From Candidatus Multivoradales bacterium (lineage in GTDB: Bacteria > Acidobacteriota > Thermoanaerobaculia > Multivoradales > JAHEKO01): a DNA stretch of 64,000 nucleotides. The translations under genes and the position numbers were made by a program. This document shows positions 9,653 through 19,520 of this stretch, piece by piece. Location of the stretch: contig CBDCXM010000009.1 in assembly GCA_965223855.1 (NCBI GenBank), positions 1,760,001 to 1,824,000 of the forward strand, given 5' to 3'. Below the pieces are notes generated by a model. That model made no database searches and was not told the DNA's origin. It saw only the letters and a list, made by a program, of their open reading frames with translations. Every line of letters begins with the position of its first letter. Position 1 is the first letter of the stretch.

Positions 9653-10776
9653 GCGTCTTCGGAGACCTGCCGGTAGACGTCCAGGAGTTGTCCGGCCATC
9701 GTTCGGATGTCGAAGGTGCGGGCGTGCCCGACAAGCCGCCCGTCGTCCGGTGCCTCGCGCTCGACGAGGTAGTGCTCGAATCTTCGCGCCATCGCGGCCT
9801 CCGTCGTAACGACGTCGTCGGGCCTCACACCTCCGACGATCTCGATCACGCCGCCTCCGTCCTCGAACACGACCACCGGTGTGCCCCGCGACAGCGCCTC
9901 GACCGCAACGAGTCCGAAAGGCTCGCCCTCGGAAGGGCAAGCGCACACGTCCATTCGTCTCTGGAGTAATCCTACGTCGGAGCGAAAGCCTGCGAAGATG
10001 CAATCCTCCCGGATGCCGAGGTCGGCGGCCAGCCGCTCCAGCCGGGAGCGCTCGACGCCGTCGCCGACCAGCAGCAGATAGCCGGAGCGCCGGTGTCGGA
10101 AGTCGGCGAACGCCCTGAGCAGACGATCCACCCGCTTGAAGCCGGCCAGTCGGCCGACGTAGCCGACGACGAAGCGATCGGCGAGCAGCTGAGCCAGTTC
10201 CGGGTCGAGTTCGCCCTCTGAGCGCTGCGAGTGATCGATACCGTTGTAGACGACTCGGGTGTCGAGACGATCAAGCCCGTAACGCGCACGGGCGACGTCG
10301 CGCGTGAAGTTCGAGTTGCAGGTCATCACCGCGACCGACCTGCGGAGGAAGTGGCGCTTGAGGCGGTGCTGCAGTCGGTCTCTCCAGCGCCGTTTGCGGC
10401 CGAAGCCGAAGTTGCCGTGCTCGGTGTAGACCACAGGCCGGGCGGATCCCACGGCCGCCGAAGCCAGGAGTGGATTGAAGCTGTGGAAGTGAAGCAGATC
10501 GTAGTTTTCGAAGATCGCTCTCGCACGACGACGGGCGAAGGGTGAGAAGTCGGTCCCGGACCTGAGCCGGGCGTCGTAGAGGGGCACACCGAGCGCTTCG
10601 AAGGTTTCCAGCCACATTCCCTGCGCGTGGCCGAAGAGGATCGCCGGCGTGACCGCGTCGCCACGCGCTTGCGTGCGGCACAGGTCGATGATCAGTCTCT
10701 CGATGCCGCCGGGCGCTGCGGCCCATACGACGTGAACCACCCGAAGAGGGGCGGGGCGGGGCGGTGCCTGCTTCAT
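9649..10776 (-). CDS. Glycosyltransferase family 4
   Basis: GGIER, VVYNGID, VGRLAGFKRVD, EPFGLVAVEALSRGTPVV; ATG at 10776. Confidence 0.9.
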   Translation of the reverse strand: MKQAPPRPAPLRVVHVVWAAAPGGIERLIIDLCRTQARGDAVTPAILFGHAQGMWLETFEALGVPLYDARLRSGTDFSPFARRRARAIFENYDLLHFHSFNPLLASAAVGSARPVVYTEHGNFGFGRKRRWRDRLQHRLKRHFLRRSVAVMTCNSNFTRDVARARYGLDRLDTRVVYNGIDHSQRSEGELDPELAQLLADRFVVGYVGRLAGFKRVDRLLRAFADFRHRRSGYLLLVGDGVERSRLERLAADLGIREDCIFAGFRSDVGLLQRRMDVCACPSEGEPFGLVAVEALSRGTPVVVFEDGGGVIEIVGGVRPDDVVTTEAAMARRFEHYLVEREAPDDGRLVGHARTFDIRTMAGQLLDVYRQVSEDA

Positions 10777-11870
10777 GCCGGATGGGGATTCTGTGTCGAT
10801 ACCGACCGTGAGCGGTGGACCATCGCTCGAGCGAGGGCGGCGAGGCCGTCGTAGAACTCCGCATCGAGACTCGATCCCCAGGGGGATGGGATCCTCGGCG
10901 CCAGGCGTCTTGCCAGGCGGGCCCGGAGCGGCCCGGGTCGCGCGAGCAGGAGTCTCGTGAGGGGTGGCATCTCCTGACGCCAGTCGAGGCGCAGGCCCGA
11001 GGCGGTCTCCATCGGCAGCCAGGTCGCAGGATCGAAGTGGCCTCTCGCAGCTTCGAAACTGGCCGACTTGGAGACCGCTCGCCCCTCGACCGCTCGGAGG
11101 AACAGCGCCGGCAGCAGCATGAAGCGGCTCAGGAGGGCCTTCAGGTCGAAGAGATTCGTCGGCTGTCGCCGGACTTCGGCTCCGGCGATGACCGAGTCGG
11201 CGACCCGCTCGAGCTCGCCGCAGGCGCTCGCCTCGTCGACCTCTACCCGGATCTCGACTTTCCCGGGCTCCGGCAGGAGTGACACCGCTGTTCGAAGAGT
11301 CTCGAGAGGCAGGGGCGATTCGGTGTAGGCACAGAGGTCGGCCTCGCTGAGAACCTGCCAGCCGTGGTGCTGCAGGGGGTCGAAGTCGAAGAGGATCCGC
11401 TGAAGCTCGCCGAGCCGTGAGGCGAGCGGAGCGAGCCGGCCGGGCGTCTCGATCGCCCGGTTCGACAGGACGGCGAGAACGTCGAAGTCGCTGTAGGGGG
11501 TCGTCGAGCAATCGGCGAGACTGCCGTGGAGGAGGACCGCAACGAGGTCCGGCTCCAACGGTTCGAGGGCGGCCATCATCCGTCGCACATGCGCGTTGCT
11601 GCCGGCGTAGGCAGCGGGCTGCAAGGTCGTCTCTGTGCCCTTTCGGGGACCGATTGCCGAACGGAAGGCGTCGAACGCGCGCTGCACTCGGCTTTCAGAG
11701 CGCCTTCGGCACCATCGTGGTGCAATGAGCGCCGCAGCGAGGTCCGATCGCGCCAGGACGGCTCGATTGACGTAGCGGTCGAGGACCCGATGCAGAGACG
11801 CTCTCGCAGCCGACAGCGACGCCCGGGACGGCTCTCGGGAGTCGGAATCGCAGAGAGGCGGTTGTGACAT
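10773..11870 (-). CDS. Pol-beta-superfamily nucleotidyltransferase-domain protein
   Basis: LLHGSLADCSTTPYSDFDVLAVL matches the hG[GS]x9-13DhD signature. Confidence 0.65.
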   Translation of the reverse strand: MSQPPLCDSDSREPSRASLSAARASLHRVLDRYVNRAVLARSDLAAALIAPRWCRRRSESRVQRAFDAFRSAIGPRKGTETTLQPAAYAGSNAHVRRMMAALEPLEPDLVAVLLHGSLADCSTTPYSDFDVLAVLSNRAIETPGRLAPLASRLGELQRILFDFDPLQHHGWQVLSEADLCAYTESPLPLETLRTAVSLLPEPGKVEIRVEVDEASACGELERVADSVIAGAEVRRQPTNLFDLKALLSRFMLLPALFLRAVEGRAVSKSASFEAARGHFDPATWLPMETASGLRLDWRQEMPPLTRLLLARPGPLRARLARRLAPRIPSPWGSSLDAEFYDGLAALARAMVHRSRSVSTQNPHPA

Positions 11871-12000
11871 GATCCGGTCGAAGCGGTCGCCCGGAGGGTC
11901 CTGCGAAGGCCTCCGACCTGCCCCTCGGAAGATCAGGTCCGTCGGCGAGAGGCCCTTCGGAGGGCCGAGCGGGCTTGCCGGCCTCGAGTTCGAACGCGGA

Positions 12001-12963
12001 ATGTACCACTTCGTCGACCTTCCCCGTCCGCTGGGCCTCGAGGACTACGAACGGGCGATCGGGGCTTTCACCGATCGCACGATGACCCTTCCCGGCGTCC
12101 GCTCCGTATACCAGGTCGGTCAGGTGTCCGACCCCGGCATCTCCGATCTCGACTTCCTGGTCGTCTTCGAAGAGGGCTCCAGCCACCAGGGGCGGCCTCT
12201 GGACGCCGTGCCGGAAGAGGACCGCTCGATGATCCTCCACGCGCCCTTCGGCATTTCGGAAGAGGATCTCGACGTGGCGCTCCGGTACGCGCCCTTCTTC
12301 AATTATCGTCACCTGGCCGGGGACGACCTCGATCTCTCGTCTCGGACCGATATCGCAGATGCCGATGGGCGACTTCTGGCTCAGCTCGCGCTCGAATACG
12401 TGCTCCAGCTCTACGTCAATCTGGTGATTCAGGCGACGTACTCCGTTTTCAAGCTGCGAGGCTTCTTCCTGCACGTCAAGGCGATGGCCTACGATCTCGA
12501 GCTCCTGGGCGTCGACGGCGACGAGATAGGAAGGAGAACCGACGAGTTCATCGCCTGGCGGCGAAGCTGGTTCGACGCTCCCGTAGAAGAGCGGCGCCTC
12601 GCTGCGGCCCTCGAGCCTTACCAGGAACTCGTCCGGTCGTTCCTCGCCGACCAGATCGCGACCCGCGGCTTCTATCTCGCGGCTCGCGAGTTCCGACTGG
12701 CGCCCAATCTGACCCTCGTCGCCGGCGACGGCGTTGGTTGCCACCACGGAGGGCCGCTCCTGCCTGCCTGGCTTCGGTTTCTGGGTGGAAGGTACTTCAA
12801 GATCCAGCACCGGCTGCACAGATTTCGCTTCGAGGTGCCGATCGAGACCGAGTCGGCACCACCCGTCCTGCAGCGGCGAGCCGAGCGCCTTGCCTCTCTC
12901 AAGAACCGTCGAGAGGCAGCCTTCCCGCACTTCCTGAGCCCGGCAAGCAGCCTCAACGTCTAG
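12001..12963 (+). CDS. Nucleotidyltransferase-like hypothetical protein
   Basis: VYQVGQVSDPGISDLDFLVV resembles the Pol-beta G..DhD motif; ATG at 12001; coupled to asnB. Confidence 0.55.
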   Translation: MYHFVDLPRPLGLEDYERAIGAFTDRTMTLPGVRSVYQVGQVSDPGISDLDFLVVFEEGSSHQGRPLDAVPEEDRSMILHAPFGISEEDLDVALRYAPFFNYRHLAGDDLDLSSRTDIADADGRLLAQLALEYVLQLYVNLVIQATYSVFKLRGFFLHVKAMAYDLELLGVDGDEIGRRTDEFIAWRRSWFDAPVEERRLAAALEPYQELVRSFLADQIATRGFYLAAREFRLAPNLTLVAGDGVGCHHGGPLLPAWLRFLGGRYFKIQHRLHRFRFEVPIETESAPPVLQRRAERLASLKNRREAAFPHFLSPASSLNV

Positions 12964-12968
12964 ACGAT

Positions 12969-14864
12969 ATGTGCGGGATCAACGGCTTCCTCAACCTCTC
13001 GGGTCGAACGATCGAGACCGGTGATCGACTGGTCGACGCGATGAACCGGGCGACTGCCCATCGCGGGCCGGACGACGAAGGTCTCTGGAGCGATCGTGAA
13101 GCCGGTGTCTATCTGGGGAGTCGTCGCCTCAGCATCCAGGACCTGTCTGACCGCGGTCACCAGCCGATGGTCAGCGAGCGCGGCGTGCTGGCCTACAACG
13201 GCGAGGTCTACAACTTCCGCGAGCTGCGCGAGGCGTCTTCTTCACCCGCAACGTTCGTCTCCGACTCCGACACAGAGGTGCTGCTGGCGGGACTCGACCG
13301 GCGGGGAAGTCGATACCTGTCCAGGACCAACGGCATGTTCGGGCTTGCCTACTGGAACCGCTCCGATCGATCGCTTCTGCTCGCCCGCGACCGTATCGGC
13401 ATCAAGCCTCTCTACTACACGACCGAGGGGGGAGTGCTCTCGTTCTCCTCGGAGATTCGAGCGCTCTTCGAGTTGCCGTGGGTCTCGCGTCGACTCGATG
13501 AGGAGGCGCTGGCGCTCTATCTGACGTTCAACCGGGTACCGGCACCACGAACTCTCTTTGCCGGCATCCGGAAACTCGAGCCCGGGCATGTCCTGACGGC
13601 GACGGCTGCCGGTGTCCACACCTGCGAACCGTTCTGGACACCCGAGCGTCGCTCCTCCGAGGGTCAGAACGGCGATGAGTTGGCTCGCGAGGTCCGCGAC
13701 GAACTCGAGCGGTCGGTGCAGCGGCGCATGATCAGCGACGCTCCGGTGGGCGCGTTCCTGAGCGGTGGCGTGGACTCGAGCGCCGTAGTCGAGCTCATGT
13801 CGAGGCTCACTTCGAAGCCGGTACGTACGTACACGATCGGGTTCGAGGAGGAGCGCTACGACGAGCGCGCTTTCGCGCGGCGGATCGCCGAGGGAGCGGG
13901 AGCCGACCATCGCGAGAAGCTCGTCACGCGACCGGAGCTCGAGGAGTTCCTTCCTCGCATGGCGGAGATCTTCGACGATCCGCTCGCCGACGCGACTTCG
14001 ATTCCGATTCACTTCCTGGCGAGTCTCGCTCGCGACGACGGTACGAAGGTCATCCTGACCGGGGATGGGGCGGACGAGTTGTTCTGCGGCTATCGCGGTT
14101 GGGCTTCCTACGCTCGGAGGGAGCCGCTGTTCCGGGCGATGGAGAGCCGCTGGAACCCTCTGCGCAGGCTGTTCCCGCTTCTGCTCTCGCCGCTCGGCGA
14201 CTCATCCCCTCTGCGAGAGATGGGGGGGCGCGCGGCTCGGGGGGAGCAGTACTACTGGGCCGGTGCGGGCGGCTTGAAGACTGCGGCAAGGGGGGCGATC
14301 CTCAGCTCCGAGTTCCTCGAGCGATCGGTCTTCGACGTCCACGAGCATGTTCGCGGGTTGAGGGACGAGTTCGAGGCGGTCAGCAACGGTGCGGACTCTT
14401 CCAGCCTGCTCGACTGGATGAGCTACTCCGGGGTCAGGGACCTGTTGCCGAACTACTACCTCCATCGCGCAGATCGTCTCGGCATGGCGAACTCGGTGGA
14501 GCTGCGTGTGCCGTTCCTCGATCACCATCTGGTCGAGCTCGCTCTGTCGATTCCCGGATCTCACAAGCTCGTCGACGGCGAGCCGAAGGCGATCCTCAAG
14601 AAGGCGCTGGAGGGAGTGCTGTCGGCGGAGACGCTCTACCGTCCGAAGACCGGCTTCTGCGTGCCGCTGAGGGAGTGGTTCGGAGACGGGATGGAGAGCT
14701 TCGTCGAGTCCCGTCTCGATCGTCTCTGTCAGGAGACAGGTCTCTTCGACGCCCGCGGTCTGCGAAAGCTGCTCCGGCGGGGGGCGGAGGAGTCGGGGGA
14801 GGGGGTCCACGGGTTGTGGAACGTCTACTTCCTGGTCAACTGGTTCGAGCACTGGTTGTTCTGA
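12969..14864 (+). CDS. asnB: Asparagine synthase (glutamine-hydrolysing)-type amidotransferase, probably sugar amidation
   Basis: N-terminal MCGI (Ntn Cys), HRGPDD, NGEVYN, RDRIGIKPLY, LSGGVDSS, TGDGADE, ELRVPFLD. Confidence 0.9.
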   Translation: MCGINGFLNLSGRTIETGDRLVDAMNRATAHRGPDDEGLWSDREAGVYLGSRRLSIQDLSDRGHQPMVSERGVLAYNGEVYNFRELREASSSPATFVSDSDTEVLLAGLDRRGSRYLSRTNGMFGLAYWNRSDRSLLLARDRIGIKPLYYTTEGGVLSFSSEIRALFELPWVSRRLDEEALALYLTFNRVPAPRTLFAGIRKLEPGHVLTATAAGVHTCEPFWTPERRSSEGQNGDELAREVRDELERSVQRRMISDAPVGAFLSGGVDSSAVVELMSRLTSKPVRTYTIGFEEERYDERAFARRIAEGAGADHREKLVTRPELEEFLPRMAEIFDDPLADATSIPIHFLASLARDDGTKVILTGDGADELFCGYRGWASYARREPLFRAMESRWNPLRRLFPLLLSPLGDSSPLREMGGRAARGEQYYWAGAGGLKTAARGAILSSEFLERSVFDVHEHVRGLRDEFEAVSNGADSSSLLDWMSYSGVRDLLPNYYLHRADRLGMANSVELRVPFLDHHLVELALSIPGSHKLVDGEPKAILKKALEGVLSAETLYRPKTGFCVPLREWFGDGMESFVESRLDRLCQETGLFDARGLRKLLRRGAEESGEGVHGLWNVYFLVNWFEHWLF

Positions 14865-14865
14865 C

Positions 14866-16107
14866 ATGCACGGGTCGTCACAGCGCCGGTCGGCGGCGTC
14901 GGACGGGACGGTCGATCGCAGAGTGGTCCACGCGACCAATCTCCCGACTCCCTATCGAGTTGCCATCTGCAACGAGATCGACCGCCAACTGGCGCAGCGG
15001 AGGACCGGATACGAGGTCTACTTCTCCAACATCTCGGCCTATCGCCGTCGCTGGCACGAGCCGCTCGCGGCTGCACGTTTTGCCTACTCGCAACGTTCCG
15101 GTCCGACCGAGCAGCGCAGGCCCTCCACGTTCGGGGCCCGTTGCCGGTCTCTCTGGAGCGCCCTGCGGAAGGCGCGCCCCGACGTGATCGTCACCTCGAG
15201 CATGGGCTTCGAAGGTTCGCTCGTCCTCCTGTATCGGCTGCTGACCCGAGCGCGGGTCGTCGTGCATTCGGGGGCGATTCGTGGGCGAAGGGGAGACGGG
15301 CGCGATTCGCTCACCTTCCGAGTCAAGGAGCGGGCTCGCTTCCTGCTACGGCGCTGGTGGTTCCGGCCCCTGACTACGGCGTGGGTCGCATACGGATCGC
15401 GAAGTCGTGACTACCTCCTGGGCCTCGGCGTGCGATCGGATCGGATCTTCATCGGTCAGAACACCGTCGACGTGGCGCCGTTCGAAGCGGTTGCCGGCAG
15501 AACCTCGCCGAAGGAAGAGGACACCAGCGTCATGGCTGCCGGAGCGCCTGAGCGTCCCGTTCGACTCGTCTGCATCGGGCGCATGACGAGGCTCAAGGGA
15601 CTGGACCTGCTGCTCGACGCCCTCGATGCACTGCCGGGTGGTTCGGTGCGGCTGACCTGTATCGGCGAGCGTCCGCAGGACCCCCAGCTTCAGGCGAGGG
15701 CGTCGGACGCCGGGTTCGAAGTCGAGTTCACGGGCTTTCTCGACCGCGAGCAGTTACCGGAGCGCCTCGTTGCTGCCGACGTCTTCGTCTTCCCCACGCG
15801 GTTCGACGTCTTCGGCCTGGCGATGGTCGAGGCGGCCGCCGCGGGCCTCCCCATCGTCGCCTCGTGCTTTGCGGGTGGTGTCGGGGACATCGTGGTCGAT
15901 GGGGAGAACGGATTCGTGGTCGATCCGCGGGATCGATCCGCGCTGGCGGCTGCGATCGAAAGACTGGTTGTCGACCCCGACCTCCGGGAGCGGATGAGCC
16001 GACGCTCGAAGGCGAGGGTCGAGGAGAGGTTCCGGGTCTCGACGTCGGCCTCCGGCTTCGTCGAAGCGATCGAGTTCGCCTGCGGCAAGAGGGTCGAGAG
16101 CCTCTGA
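14866..16107 (+). CDS. Glycosyltransferase family 4
   Basis: TNLPTPYR, IGRMTRLKG, ADVFVFPT…FGLAMVEAAAAGLPIV. Confidence 0.9.
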   Translation: MHGSSQRRSAASDGTVDRRVVHATNLPTPYRVAICNEIDRQLAQRRTGYEVYFSNISAYRRRWHEPLAAARFAYSQRSGPTEQRRPSTFGARCRSLWSALRKARPDVIVTSSMGFEGSLVLLYRLLTRARVVVHSGAIRGRRGDGRDSLTFRVKERARFLLRRWWFRPLTTAWVAYGSRSRDYLLGLGVRSDRIFIGQNTVDVAPFEAVAGRTSPKEEDTSVMAAGAPERPVRLVCIGRMTRLKGLDLLLDALDALPGGSVRLTCIGERPQDPQLQARASDAGFEVEFTGFLDREQLPERLVAADVFVFPTRFDVFGLAMVEAAAAGLPIVASCFAGGVGDIVVDGENGFVVDPRDRSALAAAIERLVVDPDLRERMSRRSKARVEERFRVSTSASGFVEAIEFACGKRVESL

Positions 16108-17318
16108 TGGAGAGAAAGCAGAGACTCCTGATCGTCGGGCCACTGCCGCCGCCCTTCTCGGGTCCGGAGATCGGCGTGCAGACCCTCGTCCTGTCACCGG
16201 AGCTCAACCATCGCTACGAGGTTCGTTCGCTCAACACGACCTTGCGCACTTCGAACGTCGAGAAGGGGAGGCTCGATCTCGTCATGCTGGCCGCCTACCC
16301 GCGATACGTCTGGCGCCTGTTGCGCGAACTCCTCGGCTCTCGGCCGGACGCGGTTCTCTACTGCCCGACGTCGGCCACGCTGAAGGGATGGGTTCGCGAC
16401 GGCACCACCTGTCTCGTGTGCCGCGCGCTGAGCAGGCCGCTGTTCGTCCAGTTTCGCGGTGGGCACTTCCGGCTCTTCTACGACCGGCAGTGGCGGCCGG
16501 TCCGCGCGGTGATCGGTTGGCTCCTCCGCGGTTGTCGCCGCGTCATCGTGCAGGCGGAGAGACTGAGAGGCCAGTTCGATCCCATCGTCGGCGCCGAGCG
16601 CGTTCGCAGGCTGCCCAACGCGCTCAGTGACGAGTTCTTCGACAGCTTCGACGACGCGATCTCGATCCGCTCCCGGCGGCGCGACAGCGGTCGCGCGACG
16701 AGAGTGCTCTTCGTCGGTCATCTTTCGCACGCCAAGGGCTACTGCGATCTGTTGAAGGTGATTCCTGGGCTGTGCGAGCGTCACGATGTGGTTTTCGACT
16801 TCATCGGTGCCCCCAGTCCCGAGCGCAACGTCTTCTTCAATCAGGTGACGGGAGAGCCGATCGATTTCGACGATCCTGTGGAGGTCTTCCGAACCGAGAT
16901 CGAGGAGCGAGGGCTGGAGGGCCGCGTCTTCTTTCACGGCGACCGCGTCCTCGGCGAAGAAAAGGTGGAGCGCTTCGTCGAGGCGGATGTCTTCGTCCTC
17001 CCCAGCTACTCCGAAGGGTTCTCGATGGCCCTGCTCGAAGCGATGGGCGCGGGCCTGCCTGTGGTGGCGACCCCGGTCGGAGCGGCGCCGGAGATCGTCT
17101 CCGAGGGAGAGAGCGGCCACCTCGTCGACCCCGGTAGGCTAGGCGAACTCGAGCGAGCGCTGGATCGACTGTTGGGCGACTTCGAGGCCAGACTTCGGCT
17201 GGGGACCGCCAACCGTCGTCGATGCGCCGAGTCGTACCGAACCGAACACACCGCCGCTGCTCTGATCTCGATCGTGGACGAAGAACTGGAGCCTCACAGC
17301 TTGGACGCTCTTCCATGA
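16107..17318 (+). CDS. Glycosyltransferase family 4
   Basis: IVGPLPPP, LFVGHL…KG, DVFVLPSYSEGFSMALLEAMGAGLPVV; TGATG coupling at 16107. Confidence 0.9.
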   Translation: MERKQRLLIVGPLPPPFSGPEIGVQTLVLSPELNHRYEVRSLNTTLRTSNVEKGRLDLVMLAAYPRYVWRLLRELLGSRPDAVLYCPTSATLKGWVRDGTTCLVCRALSRPLFVQFRGGHFRLFYDRQWRPVRAVIGWLLRGCRRVIVQAERLRGQFDPIVGAERVRRLPNALSDEFFDSFDDAISIRSRRRDSGRATRVLFVGHLSHAKGYCDLLKVIPGLCERHDVVFDFIGAPSPERNVFFNQVTGEPIDFDDPVEVFRTEIEERGLEGRVFFHGDRVLGEEKVERFVEADVFVLPSYSEGFSMALLEAMGAGLPVVATPVGAAPEIVSEGESGHLVDPGRLGELERALDRLLGDFEARLRLGTANRRRCAESYRTEHTAAALISIVDEELEPHSLDALP

Positions 17319-19468
17319 AGCAGGTGCTGCAGGATCTCAAATCGGGCGAGTTGCTCGTCGAAGAGGTTCCCGAGCCGACTCTCGGGCCGGGACGCCTCCT
17401 CGTGGCCAATCGGGCGTCGCTCATCAGCAGCGGCACCGAGCGGGCGACCGTGTCGGTAGCTCGCAAGGGACTGATCGGCAAGGCGCTGGAGCGGCCCGAC
17501 CAGGTCCGTAAGGTCGTCGAGGTCGCGCGACGCGAAGGGGTCCGGGCGACCGCACAGCTCGTGCGATCCCGCCTCGAGGCACCCTCGGCGCTGGGTTACA
17601 GCAGTGCGGGGGTTGTCGTGGGCGTCGGCGAAGGCGTCGATGGTTTCGCCGTCGGCGATCGGGTCGCCTGTGCCGGGCAGGACTATGCGTCTCATGCCGA
17701 AAGAGTGTGCGTGCCGGCCAACCTCTGTGTGCCGATTCCTGATGGGATGTCGATGGAGCAGGCTGCCTTCGTCGCCCTGGGGGCCATCGCGCTGCAGGCG
17801 GTTCGTCAGGCGAAGCCCGAGATCGGCGACCGAGTCGCGGTGATCGGGCTTGGCCTGGTGGGGCTGCTCGTCGTGCAGATCCTGAGGGCCAACGGCTGCA
17901 GGGTCGTCGCTTCCGATCCGGACGGGCGACGCCGCAAGCTGGCGCTGGAGCTCGGCGCCGAAGTTGCGGTCGAGCCCGCTGCGTTGCCCTCTGCTGTCGA
18001 GGTGATGACCGGCGAGCGAGGTGTCGATCGGGTCGTCGTCGCGGCCAGCACGGACAGCGACGAGCCGGTCAGAACCGCCGCCGGCGTCGCTCGATCGCGC
18101 GGGACGGTGGTCGTCGTGGGCGCGGTCGGAATGGACCTGCCCCGGGGACCTTTCTACGAGAAGGAACTCGACTTCCGGCTTTCGCGCTCCTACGGCCCCG
18201 GCCGCTACGACGTCGAGTACGAGGGCAAGGGACGCGACTATCCCTTCGAGTACGTGCGCTGGACCGAGGGCCGCAACATGGAGGCCTTCCTCGAACTGGT
18301 GGCCGCCGGCTCGGTCAACCTCGAACCGTTGACGACCCACCGTCACGACATCGAGGACGCTGCCGCAGCCTACGAGCGACTGATGACGGCTCCCGAAGAG
18401 TGTCTCGGGCTGGTGCTGACCTACCCGTCGTCGCAGTCGCAGTCGCAGCCGCCGGCGTCGAGAGTCGAAGTCGCCCCCGCTCCGAGCCCGACGGGCGTCC
18501 GATGGGGAATCGTCGGCGCAGGGAGCCATGTCAGGGATCGGCTGTTGCCGATTCTTGCGAAGCAGCCTGAGAGCCGGTTCGAGCTGATCTGTACCGAGCG
18601 GGCGGGCCGAGCGAAGCGGCTGGCCCGGTCGTTGAAGGCGACGGCCTGCACCACCTCCTTCCAGGAGGTGCTCGACGACGATCAGGTGAATGCGGTGCTG
18701 ATCGGCACACGCCATCACCTTCACGCCGAGCAGGTGGTTCGCGCCTTGGAGGCGGGCAAGCATGTCTTCGTCGAGAAGCCTCTGTGCCTCACCCTCGAGG
18801 AGTTGCGACAGGTCACGCGCGCCTATCACGACGCCGCAACTTCCGGCGTGCGGCTGAGGGTGGGGTTCAACCGTCGATTCTCGCTCCATGCGGTGAGGGC
18901 CAGGGACTTTCTCGGCGACGTTTCGGGCCCGATCGCCTTATGCTGCCGGGTCAACGCCGGTCCCGTCGATGCCCGTCACTGGACGCGTGACGAGGAGGTC
19001 GGTGGTGGCCGTCTCCTGGGAGAGCTGTGTCATTTCATCGACACCCTTCAGAGTCTGGTGGGGCACCGGCCGACGGCGGTCTCAGCGGCGGCCGTCGGCG
19101 ACGACCGGGGCGGCGACCAGGGCGTCTTCCAGCTGCTCTTCGGGCGGCGAGCGACGGCCTCGATCATTTATGCGACCGGCGGAGACTCGCGGTTGCCGAA
19201 GGAACGGATCGAAGCGTTCGGCGGCGGCAAGGCTCTGGTTCTCGACGACTTCCGACGGACGGACTTCTTCCATTCGGCGAGGAAGACGAGCGTGCGCTCG
19301 CGAGGTCAGGACAAGGGGTTTGCGGCCGAACTCGACTCCTTCGTTTCGGAGATCGTCGGCGGGGGCGACCCGGCGATGCCTTTCGGCGAGATCGAGGACG
19401 TCACGCGAGCGACCATCCTCGCTCGAGAGAGTCTCGCGACCGGCGAGTGGCAGCATCTGGGCGAGTGA
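17315..19468 (+). CDS. Bi-domain oxidoreductase (MDR/Zn-ADH-like + Gfo/Idh/MocA)
   Basis: SLISSGTE, LGYSSAG, GLGLVG, SRSYGPGRYD; C-terminal GIVGAG, HVFVEKPL, VGFNRRF, GELCHFID. Confidence 0.9.
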   Translation: MKQVLQDLKSGELLVEEVPEPTLGPGRLLVANRASLISSGTERATVSVARKGLIGKALERPDQVRKVVEVARREGVRATAQLVRSRLEAPSALGYSSAGVVVGVGEGVDGFAVGDRVACAGQDYASHAERVCVPANLCVPIPDGMSMEQAAFVALGAIALQAVRQAKPEIGDRVAVIGLGLVGLLVVQILRANGCRVVASDPDGRRRKLALELGAEVAVEPAALPSAVEVMTGERGVDRVVVAASTDSDEPVRTAAGVARSRGTVVVVGAVGMDLPRGPFYEKELDFRLSRSYGPGRYDVEYEGKGRDYPFEYVRWTEGRNMEAFLELVAAGSVNLEPLTTHRHDIEDAAAAYERLMTAPEECLGLVLTYPSSQSQSQPPASRVEVAPAPSPTGVRWGIVGAGSHVRDRLLPILAKQPESRFELICTERAGRAKRLARSLKATACTTSFQEVLDDDQVNAVLIGTRHHLHAEQVVRALEAGKHVFVEKPLCLTLEELRQVTRAYHDAATSGVRLRVGFNRRFSLHAVRARDFLGDVSGPIALCCRVNAGPVDARHWTRDEEVGGGRLLGELCHFIDTLQSLVGHRPTAVSAAAVGDDRGGDQGVFQLLFGRRATASIIYATGGDSRLPKERIEAFGGGKALVLDDFRRTDFFHSARKTSVRSRGQDKGFAAELDSFVSEIVGGGDPAMPFGEIEDVTRATILARESLATGEWQHLGE

Positions 19469-19520
19469 GGCTCGCGCGGTATCGGGTCCACGAGACGGCG
19501 GAAGGGCGAGGGATCGCATC

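Noticed and set aside
10773-12963. Nucleotidyltransferases as CBASS or MNT-HEPN defence/toxin-antitoxin genes
   Set aside because: No effector, Cap or HEPN partner is visible, and both genes are tightly coupled to glycan genes
12969-14864. First asnB homologue as a second lasso cyclase
   Set aside because: It retains the MCGI Ntn-amidotransferase start, sits among glycosyltransferases, and has no adjacent precursor or RRE
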